A stretch of DNA of 17,092 bases from Candidatus Wolframiiraptor sinensis (GTDB lineage: Archaea; Thermoproteota; Nitrososphaeria_A; Caldarchaeales; Wolframiiraptoraceae). Below, piece by piece: positions 9,146-17,092 of this stretch. Positions within the stretch are counted from its first letter, which is position 1; each line of letters begins with the position of its first letter. The DNA is taken from positions 1 through 17,092 of the forward strand of contig JALNKA010000020.1 in the NCBI GenBank assembly GCA_023261815.1, in the 5' to 3' direction. A program made the translations under genes and the position numbers. Under the pieces are notes generated by a model. It did no database searches and was not told where the DNA came from. It saw nothing but the letters and a program-made list of their open reading frames with translations.

Positions 9146-10895
9146 CGATTGAAATTCGCCACCTTTCTCCTGCTTCCTTCGTCCTTACTTATCACCTCAA
9201 AACCCTTTGGAGGCTTGAGGAGAGCGTACCATGGAGCTAGGCTTTCGAGAATCATTCCGCCGATTATTGCTAGCGTTTTCCTAATCCTACCCCCAAGCCA
9301 TCCACTCTTCTCACTCCTGATATACGCATTATTAATAGCGTACCCGAATGAGTAGTATCGGTATAGTGAGTACCACGTAAAGCCTGCTATAAACCCTGAG
9401 CCAGGGAATAATCCGCCGGTTGGATGAATGATCGCGAGTATGAACGCTATTAAGGATGGTAAAGCCGAGAACCAGCTAATCATGCCATAGAATGCCGCAA
9501 GCCGATACCTCAACCTGACATCTTTCCTTCTCAATATCCGCAAAGCCCCGTGAGCCCATCTTCTCCTCTGCTTCAGCAATCCATCGATCGAGAGAGGCGG
9601 CTTCTCATATCCAAATCCTTTCAATATGGTCTTACCAGGCTTATACTTTTGCCATAGCATTAGGCCGAATAGCCAGTCCTCCGTTTTAGCATTACCGAAA
9701 TCCCATCCAACATCCTTCTCTATATCCGCTCTAACAAGTAGGTGCGAACCATGATGCCCAAAAAGAAAGCATGCCACGCGTCTTTGTGGTGAAGAGTATT
9801 CTGAAGTCATCATAGCTCCTAGCAGGCTCCTGAACTCTCGGCGGCGTATTCATTAAGCCATCAGCATAGATTATTATGCCAGTAGCATAGATATCATTGG
9901 GGCCAGCATTGGCAAATGTAATCCATTATGCCAATCATGGTATCCTCGCCCACCTTCGTCTCATCATCTTGATGGTAAATCCAGACATTCTCGTTGATCA
10001 ATCCCTCCTTGTCCATAACATTCAGCGTGTAGGTGAGAGCTCTCGCCTTGAATTTCGTATCTCTCGCCGTGCTGAAGCCCCTTGGAACAACTATTATCTT
10101 CGAACCAATTAGGCTCAATTCATTATAGCTCTCACGATTCTTCTCATAGTCATTTTGCTCACAAACCACCCATTGAGATATCTCAGCAAGCTCACCGTAC
10201 TTCATTTTTAGTATCTCTCTCCAAAATATCACTGATTCAACGCTGGTTTTCAATGTGCTGAAGTTTCCACCATTCGTCGGCAGGACAAGGATCACACGCT
10301 TGCCCTTTAGCTTATCGGATTTTTCTCAGAACATTTTCCCGTCCAAGGCAAAATCATTTTTCCCGAATGAGAGGAATTCAGCATTTTGGAGCATAAGATG
10401 AGGCATACCGACAATCCAGCTATATTTCAAGCTATGAGCGACCATGTCCATCATAGAATAGACCATCGGGACTCCCGAGATCACGGAGCCGGCAAGCGTT
10501 GAGAAGCCGAGTAAATCCATCATGTGAGCACTCTTCGCATCAAAAAGTCTACCCACGGATTGATTATACGACTCTAGGTCATATTGGAGATAAACTGGTG
10601 ATTTGGAAGTGGAATTCTCTCCGAGATGCGGGTTAAAGTGATGCCCGGCCGCATTATTAGGAAAGATTTGAGCTCTCGACGCATCGGCTCCAAAGTTATT
10701 TAATATCGCCATGAATAGAGCCACGGAAGACAAGGAGAGATTCAGAAGCACGATCAAGGAGAACAGCGACTTTGCTCCCGGGAGCTTAAAGTAGGCTTCA
10801 AAAAGAAAATCGTAGTAGATAGATAGCGCCTTGAAATAGCTTGGAAATTGATTTGCAAAGAACGATGGAACGAGAATTGATAACAGGATTATCAA
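9142..10895 (-). pseudogene. GT2 family membrane glycosyltransferase (egghead/BRE-3-like), three frameshifts
   Basis: The three ORF-track pieces join via shifts at about 10338, 9915 and 9762 into one protein with KFKARAL.Y, HQDDET, GIIIY, HGSHLLVR, TEDW and QRRRW (D,D,D,QxxRW) motifs and terminal TM helices. The frame is open upstream to about 10949, so the start is uncertain. Confidence 0.85.
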
Positions 10896-11134
10896 TAATA
10901 TCCAGAAAATCGTTCTGAGAGAAAATTTAAGTAAACCATTACTCAGCCACTAAAACCCCTGTATAATGCAGAATGGGACTATAAAAGTGTTATTGCCAGG
11001 CGAAGCTCCGCATCAAACATTGCTTTGAGTAGCCATGTAGATGTTTCGGCGACCGTTGCCAGCTTTGTCCCTAAATTTTAACTGGCAAAATGCATAAAAT
11101 TCTTTGATGGACCAATGTTCGACATTGATGAACA

Positions 11135-11147
11135 TTAAAAGTTATAA
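11135..11147 (+). promoter_or_regulatory. probable TATA box for the C/D sRNA
   Basis: TTAAAAGTTATAA ending about 17-25 nt upstream of the sRNA terminal stem and C box. Confidence 0.5.
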
Positions 11148-11163
11148 TGAGTTCGGCCTAGTT

Positions 11164-11230
11164 GATCTTAGATGATGTGTGCGGCCGTATCTGACTTATG
11201 GATGATGACATCCCGCGCACTGATAAGATC
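11164..11230 (+). ncRNA. archaeal box C/D methylation-guide sRNA
   Basis: A perfect 7-bp terminal stem GATCTTA/TAAGATC encloses C ATGATGT 11172-11178, guide GTGCGGCCGTAT, D' CTGA 11191-11194, C' ATGATGA 11202-11208, guide CATCCCGCGCA and D CTGA 11220-11223. The D' guide is complementary to the conserved 16S segment GUACGGCCGCA. Confidence 0.9.
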
Positions 11231-11304
11231 TTATGAAAGAGTTTTCACGCTCAGTGATAAGCTATCTTCTCCGATTCTCGTCAGATCTCTCAAAGCATTA
11301 TGGT

Positions 11305-12744
11305 CTAGTCCTCAGAGCTCGTTGAGGTTACAACTTTCATGAACTCCTCAACATAGTGATCAAGCTTATCCCGGTCTATCTCCGGCTTCGGGACCTCCTC
11401 AATGGGCGCATTGAATTCGACGTCCTTAGGCTCGAGGTCCTCTACTGCGCACTTGGCACAGAGCGCGACTCCCAGCCCCGTTGTTTCAGAGAATCCTGAC
11501 CTGAGAACCCTCCTATCTGGAAGCAACGCGGATAAAATCATCAGATATATCATGTTGTTGGCGAATCCGCCTTGGACAATGACGTCAATATTTTCTCCCC
11601 CGGAGATGGACTCTATGGCGGCATATGACTGTATTGCTAAGCTCAGGTTAAGTATGTGATAAGCATGCTCCGGGCCCTTGAAGAATAAGTCGCCTATTAT
11701 TCTAGGCTTAGAGTATGGGAATCTTCCAGATCTCTCGATCAGCCCCGGAGTTATGAAGTCCTTTCCGCGCCTCAGAATCTCCTCGATTAATTCCAAGTTC
11801 GGGGATATTCCCAAGGGACTTAAGCCGAACCTCTCTTTGATAAGTTTAACGTAATGGTCATGCTCGTACCCACCCGGGAATATTAGAGATTTTACCGGGC
11901 GGCTGTAAGGATCCGCGTAATAGAGTATGTTTTGCTCCAAGCCCTCCCTCCTCGGATTAAACCCCGAATAGGGGTTCATGAAGACGCACCAAGTCCCGGT
12001 TGACGCGAAGACCAATCTCTGTCCTCTAGCAACATATGGAAGAATTGAAGCATTTGAATAATGAATCCCGGGGGTGACGATGATTTCTAAACCATCAATC
12101 GTGAGCTTTCCTATAGGCCGCCATACATTGGTGAAATCCGGGGATCGCTGGTCTACCTCAAGCTTCTCGGCTATGAAGCTCCACCCCCTCTTTCTAAAAT
12201 CAAAAAGATATGTGTGGCATCTGGCGCTAGTGACCTCGCATGACTTCATCCCGGAAAGCTCATAAGTGAGGTATTGGGGAAAGAAAAGTATGTCATCTAT
12301 CTTAGCAAATCTTTCCGGATAGCTCCTCCTGAACCAGTATATCTGCATTCCAACATTCAGTAGCCTGCCCCATGGCGGTGTGCCTGTTACGGAGTAAAGG
12401 CTGAATGGATCCCCGAATTCTTCATAAAACATTCTCCTAATACTCTCATCTATGTCGTGGTTATATGATACTATGGGAAAGCCGAGCCTGCCCCCGCTCA
12501 AGTACGTGACGGTCGCGCCGTGGGTCGTAACCGATAAAGCTTTGACATGGTACTTCTTCAGAACATCCTTAAAGCTACTCTTTACACAAGTCACGATCTT
12601 TTCATCATCATCGCATAGGATACCATCTCTAACGATTTCACCTATGTAGGTTTTGCACTCGAATTAAGGCTTTAAGTCGTCATCGAAGACCATGAGCTTC
12701 TTATTGGTTTTGCCGATATCGAATGTTGCTATAGCATAATCCAT
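11305..12744 (-). pseudogene. FGGY-family carbohydrate kinase (RhaK-like), internal nonsense codon
   Basis: True start ATG 12744 (MDYAIATFDIGKTNKKLMVFDDDLKP*FEC...) is in frame with ORF 12594-11305, with an in-frame TAA at 12666-12664. Motifs TTHGAT, PQY, STGTW and GGFA.N; GIHYSNAS occurs where the family has GIHDSNAS. Confidence 0.88.
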
Positions 12745-12881
12745 AGCATCATTCTATTTTTTCTAAAGCTATATAAAGCTTAAACTTGCAGGCGATACAA
12801 GGGTCTCCTCGCAATCACGATCTTCAGCAAGCTAGTTAACATGACAAAAATATAATTACCGCCGATAAAAGATTATACTCC

Positions 12882-13740
12882 ATGGTAAAGTATGGTGTGC
12901 ATCTTTTCCTCTGGACTGAGCGCTTTGATAAATCAGCAGTACGCCTTATAGAGAAGGCCAAGAGATTTGGATTCGATGGTGTGGAGGTTCCCCTAATGGA
13001 GCCCGATATCATAGACGTGGATGCCACGAAGAGGGAGCTGAAAAGAAACGACGTGGAGTTTCTAGGCTCGATGGGGCTCCCGAAGGAATATGATATTACG
13101 AGCGATGACGAGGAGGTTAGAAGGCGCGGCATAGAGTTCATGAAGCGCTGCATTGACATAGTTGCTCAGCTGGATGGAGACGCCATCAATGGCGTGATCT
13201 ACATTGCTTGGGGAAAAATCGTGGGAAGGCCCAGAACCGAGGAGGAGTGGAGGCGCAGCGTGGAGGCGTTAAGAGAGATATGCAGATACGCGCAGAGCTA
13301 TGGAATAAGCCTCGGCGCGGAGCCCGTGAACAGGTTTGAGACATACTTCCTGAATACCGCGGAGGATGCCGTGAAGCTGTGCAAAAGACGTCGGGGAGCC
13401 GAACATGAAAGTTCACTTAGACACATTCCACATGAATATAGAGGAGAAGAACTTCTATGATCCGATAAAAATGGCTGGAAAACTGCTAAACCACTTCCAC
13501 TGCTGCGAAAATGACAGAGGAATACCGGGAACAGGCCACGTGAATTGGGACGAGGTCTTTCAAGCCCTATCCGAGATAGGCTATGATAGATGGCTCGTCG
13601 TAGAATCCTTCACGCCGGAGATAAAGTCGGTTGCAGCATCCACTGCAATCTGGCGTAAGATCGCCCCCAGCGCAGACGCGATAGCCGAAGAAGGACTCAA
13701 GTTCATCAAAGAGATGGCCAGAAAATACTTGAAAGCTTAG
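12882..13740 (+). pseudogene. D-tagatose/D-psicose/L-ribulose 3-epimerase family (TIM-barrel sugar isomerase/epimerase), one frameshift
   Basis: GFDGVE, EPVNRFETY, DTFHMNIEE, HFHCCENDRGIPGTG and ESF motifs. Removing one A from AAAA 13383-13386 fuses the two ORFs (...KLCKDVGEPNMKVHLDTFH...). Confidence 0.9.
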
Positions 13741-13824
13741 CATCACATCGCAAGATTGCCTTTAACATTTTTAATTTCCGAGAAACGCGTATGAGAGCCT
13801 TCAACCCAAACGAACTCCGGCTAC

Positions 13825-14100
13825 ATGGCAATCATTCTCTCGACGATCGGAATACTCTCGTCCATTGCAACATGGTGGATCATACCCATAGCCCAAGCAT
13901 TTTTCAAAAGGACTAGACCTAGTCACAATACTACTAGTAACCGTAGGTTAGGCTCACCTGTGCTGACAGCCCCCGCACATGCGATGCATGTCGATCTCCG
14001 GCGTTAATCCGCAATGCTTCCATGACTATAAGTATAAGTAATAGCATCATTAGGAGGATAACTATCCGTGCTCACACTTGACAAACTGGGAATATCATAA
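13825..14100 (+). pseudogene. possible decayed membrane-protein remnant
   Basis: Hydrophobic fragments in changing frames (MAIILSTIGILSSIATWWIIPIA; GLDLVTILLVTVG*; VIASLGG*LSVLTLDKLGIS*). No family recognised. Confidence 0.25.
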
Positions 14101-14342
14101 AAATTTTCTCGGATAAGGTGTCTGGAATGGCTCTGGCGAACATTCGACCAGTGAGGCGATTTCTCGGAACTTGTTAGAGATATAATATTCATAGCGCGGG
14201 ATGCGGTTGCTGCCGAAATTCGCTGGTACTTTTCTGAAAATCAGAACTAAAAAGAATTAAGAAAACTCGTATGAAGATTTATGGATTCCACAACTGTGCC
14301 ATATCGTTTTTAAGCATATTTATCCTAATTTATCTCGTGAAG

Positions 14343-14696
14343 ATGGGCCACGTTATTGTGAAGGTGAAGGTAGGGCCGCCGAGCAGGGAGCGCCTAATCG
14401 AGGTTGAAGGCCTAGTGGATACTGGCGCAACGCTCACGGTCATTCCAAGGAAAGTTTCCAATGAGGTCGGGCTCGAGATGGTGGGCAAGACGATCGTTGA
14501 GACGGGCGCTGGTAAGCTTGAACTAGACCGGAGTAGAGCTTGGATAGAGATCGAGGGTCGGGGTGATATCATCCCAGTCTTGGTCTCAGACATCATAGAT
14601 AAGCTCCTCATAGGCGTAACAACACTTGAAATACTCGGCCTTCAAGTGGATCCAATAACCGGCAAACTTAAGGAATGGACATTGCTACTTCACTAA
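14343..14696 (+). CDS. clan AA retropepsin-like aspartic protease (single domain)
   Basis: MGHV.V...LVDTGATLTVIP, LIGVTTLEILGL.VDP.TG.L. Start is ATG 14343 rather than 14271. Confidence 0.9.
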   Translation: MGHVIVKVKVGPPSRERLIEVEGLVDTGATLTVIPRKVSNEVGLEMVGKTIVETGAGKLELDRSRAWIEIEGRGDIIPVLVSDIIDKLLIGVTTLEILGLQVDPITGKLKEWTLLLH

Positions 14697-15218
14697 GCTT
14701 TCCTGAAAAGTGCGGACGATCAGCTTCGCAATTCCAGAAAAATGCGCACGAAACTCTTCAGTCCAACAATAGCTTTTTCAATGCACAAATCGCAAATTAA
14801 CATAAAGAAGAGGAAAACTGAAAGTGTATTACCACAAATGTAACAGGCATAGGTACCACTGACCATTTCTCCATAAGTGCCCTTTTATGCCAATTTCCAT
14901 CGAAAAGGGTCGTCATTCCAGCTAATTCACTTTAGTGAAAAATCTATAACCGTTAGTGGTCCAAAAGTATTTTCGGTAAGACCATGCGAGCTAAATCTCC
15001 AGCTTAAGCTTAATGAATTCCTTATAACACGTGAAGATTGCTTCTTCATCCTATCCCCACCCCTGCTTTCATAAATGGTTTACAGTAAATCCTTGGCCTG
15101 AAATATGCTACTTCCTCCTCAATTATCTCCTGATAAATTGTGAGATGAGTGAGAGAATAAATTTAGATCGTGACCTTTCATCTGAAAGTTAGTTCAGGTT
15201 TTAACATGAGAGCTGAAG

Positions 15219-16175
15219 GTGATTCTAGAACAGCTATGCAAATATCCTTCCAAGAGTTGTTTTACGTTGAGCGACATGCGAGGAAAACCTGGCCAAGGCC
15301 TTCCCCACGAGCTAGTTCAATATCAGCAAGCGAGGGAGCTGAAGCTCGTAACCGTTGACGTCAACGTGAGCGACGTAACCATTGGTGCGATAAGATTAAC
15401 CGAGACAAGAATATACCCGGCGAAGAGGCTGAGGGTGAAAAGGCCGATTCACTTGATATCGTTCGTCCGCAAAATAAACAGGTATTCGATGAAAGTGCAT
15501 AAAAGACCTGCAAGTAGCTGGCTAGCATACCTTAGGGCGAGAGAGAATCAGTGGATAAACGATAGCGTCGCAACAATAATAAGAACCGCAAAGGACTTTG
15601 ATGCCGCTCTAATCGTTGTAGAAGATTTGAATGCAAGGGCTTTAAGACAAAAATTAAGGAGTAAAGACCCAGAACTGGCACAACGATACTCTACATGGCC
15701 CATCGCAAAAATTCTTCGAAGATTGGAAAGAGCCTGTGAAAAACGTGGAATAAAGCTGATGAAAGTCCCGCCGCAATTCAGTAGTCACATATGCCCGCGC
15801 TGTCACTCAATAATGACCGACCATGGAAGAAGGCGCGTGAAATGCCCAAGGTGCGGAATGGAAGATGATAGAGATCACGTCTCCATAATCAACTTGGCGA
15901 AAACTGCAGCGATAATGCTGGGAATACAATACCTAGAAGCTCCGATAAGATTCATACTAAGAGACTACGAAAAACGATTCCCCGCCCAAGGCCCCCTGAG
16001 GGCGCCCGGCTCAGGGGAGGCAAAGGGGGAGACCCCCAACCCTCCCCCCGGCACACCTCAGGGGGATTCTTGGGTTGGGGGGTTAATGAACCTTATGCCA
16101 AGGACCCTCAGCCGAAGCCAGCCCAAGGCTCGGGCCGCCAAGCGAGTCTCCCCCGCTCCGCCAGATGGCAAATAG
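15219..16175 (+). CDS. tnpB: TnpB-family (IS200/IS605 OrfB) RuvC nuclease lacking the N-terminal WED/REC region
   Basis: RuvC-I VTVDVN, RuvC-II IVVEDL, zinc ribbon CPRC..CPRC and RuvC-III DRDHVSIINL. Only about 45 aa (or about 27 aa from ATG 15276) precede RuvC-I. The low-complexity C-terminal tail overlaps a structured RNA region. Confidence 0.85.
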   Translation: MILEQLCKYPSKSCFTLSDMRGKPGQGLPHELVQYQQARELKLVTVDVNVSDVTIGAIRLTETRIYPAKRLRVKRPIHLISFVRKINRYSMKVHKRPASSWLAYLRARENQWINDSVATIIRTAKDFDAALIVVEDLNARALRQKLRSKDPELAQRYSTWPIAKILRRLERACEKRGIKLMKVPPQFSSHICPRCHSIMTDHGRRRVKCPRCGMEDDRDHVSIINLAKTAAIMLGIQYLEAPIRFILRDYEKRFPAQGPLRAPGSGEAKGETPNPPPGTPQGDSWVGGLMNLMPRTLSRSQPKARAAKRVSPAPPDGK

Positions 16176-16275
16176 AGCCTGAGACCTCAGTCTTGCGCCT
16201 GGGGAAAGCCTTGGCCGGGGACGACGATGCAAGAAATAGACAACGAAGTCAACGACGCAAAAGATAGGGCACCCA
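15985..16275 (+). ncRNA. putative omegaRNA/reRNA (TnpB right-end RNA) with candidate guide
   Basis: Nested stems: CCCCTGAG 15993-16000/CTCAGGGG 16010-16017; GGGGGAGAC 16025-16033/GTCTCCCCC 16146-16154; CCCCAACCC 16034-16042/GGGTTGGGG 16072-16080; TCCCCC/GGGGGA; CTGAG/CTCAG 16179-16190; TCTTGC 16191-16196/GCAAGA 16229-16234. GAAGTCAA (16245-16252) resembles an IS605 right end. Confidence 0.6.
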
Positions 16276-16277
16276 CC

Positions 16278-16293
16278 TCCTCCCCTTTTTTCC
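16278..16293 (+). terminator. polypyrimidine/oligo-T terminator candidate
   Basis: TCCTCCCCTTTTTTCC directly after the candidate guide and before the convergent gene. Confidence 0.45.
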
Positions 16294-16322
16294 ATTATTC
16301 CAGAATTTAGAGGAAACAGAAC

Positions 16323-17084
16323 TCAGAGAAGACCGATAATCCTAAAAATGACGGAGATTATAATTAATGCCAGACTTATAGCAAAGGCTATCCTCCATAA
16401 AATGCTAAGGGTAAACCAGGCTTCTCGCAATAAATATCCGATGTGCCAAAAAATTCGAGCCAATTTGGAGCGAAAATAATAATGCGAACTCGAAAGAAGA
16501 AATCCCAAACTTCCCATAACCAATTTAAGCAATATGCTCCAATCCTCTCTACTTCTTATGCGGTCCAACCATAGCTTAAGAGTTTCATAAAAACGCTCTT
16601 CCTTAGGATTAAGCTGCCTAAAGAACTGCTCAATGATTTTACTGACGAATTCTCTGTAGTCCTCACCAATTCTATACCGCAGATTCACCTTGAAGAATTC
16701 ATCATTATTTCCGAGAGCTTCCAAGAGGGAATCCAGCAGCTTCTCCTTGTCAGACTTACTAAATGCTTCTCTCATCTCTAGAAGTCTAAAGATCTTCTTT
16801 ATCTTCCTCATGAAATAACTTAAGATCTCCTTCCTGAATTCATCAATCAATAAGCACCCTCTTACGCCCGCTATCATTCCCTTCTCCGTCAACCTAAAGC
16901 TACCAGCTTCATGCATAAGAAAACCGCCTTCAACAAGCACCGGCAACCTCTCATAGGGGTATGTACTTCCATAATCTTTAGCAATCACCGAGGCGGGCAA
17001 CGCCCCTCCACCCCTCAGTATAATAGCTAAAATCCTTAAGTCACCATCTCCTAAGAACCTATCGCCAATCTTCCACTTCCTCAA
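16323..17084 (-). CDS. winged helix-turn-helix protein with C-terminal transmembrane helices (may be 5'-partial)
   Basis: N-terminal wHTH pattern (ILAII...ASVIAKDY...L..LVEGGFL.....FRLTEKG) and a hydrophobic C-terminus. The frame stays open to the window edge. Confidence 0.7.
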   Translation of the reverse strand: MRKWKIGDRFLGDGDLRILAIILRGGGALPASVIAKDYGSTYPYERLPVLVEGGFLMHEAGSFRLTEKGMIAGVRGCLLIDEFRKEILSYFMRKIKKIFRLLEMREAFSKSDKEKLLDSLLEALGNNDEFFKVNLRYRIGEDYREFVSKIIEQFFRQLNPKEERFYETLKLWLDRIRSREDWSILLKLVMGSLGFLLSSSHYYFRSKLARIFWHIGYLLREAWFTLSILWRIAFAISLALIIISVIFRIIGLL

Positions 17085-17092
17085 ACTTGCAT

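Noticed and set aside
12664-12666. In-frame stop in the kinase as possible recoding (selenocysteine/pyrrolysine)
   Set aside because: The codon is TAA, not TGA or TAG, and the gene has another inactivating-looking change, so a nonsense mutation is simpler.
14194-14203. GCGCGGGATG is complementary to 10 nt of the D guide of the sRNA at 11164-11230
   Set aside because: It lies in apparently non-coding decayed sequence with no evidence of transcription, and a 10-mer match is plausible by chance.
14697-15218. Short ORFs (14877-15074, 15170-15358) as tnpA, the missing TnpB N-terminus or cas genes
   Set aside because: No HUH/Y1 or serine-recombinase motifs, no TnpB WED/REC-like sequence, and many stops in all frames.
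16239-16257. Short repeat CAACGA-AGT-CAACGA downstream of tnpB as a CRISPR mini-array (Cas12f-like system)
   Set aside because: A 6-nt repeat with a 3-nt spacer. No 25-40 nt repeats with regular spacers were seen anywhere in the window.

Overview
Archaeal (probably TACK-superphylum) chromosomal window with two distinct halves. The left half (1-8088) is GC-rich, intact core genome. It encodes a rhomboid protease, YjbQ, TatD, a tandem OB-fold-like hypothetical protein, divergent ilvD and ilvB-ilvN, an AF0577-family (TIGR04084-like) radical SAM/SPASM enzyme and tRNA-Asn(GTT). The right half (from about 8090) is more AT-rich by eye and looks like an accessory, decaying region starting at the tRNA. 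It holds four broken carbohydrate genes (a ConA/GH16-like surface protein, an egghead-like GT2 glycosyltransferase, a RhaK-like FGGY kinase and a ketose 3-epimerase), a retropepsin-like protease, a TnpB-family RuvC nuclease lacking its N-terminal lobe and overlapped by a roughly 270-nt highly structured GC-rich RNA-like tail, and a membrane-anchored wHTH protein. Two box C/D guide sRNAs absent from the ORF track were read directly from the sequence (6695-6764 and 11164-11230); one guide of each matches a conserved rRNA segment (23S and 16S respectively). All calls are by eye, and no database searches or folding computations were run.
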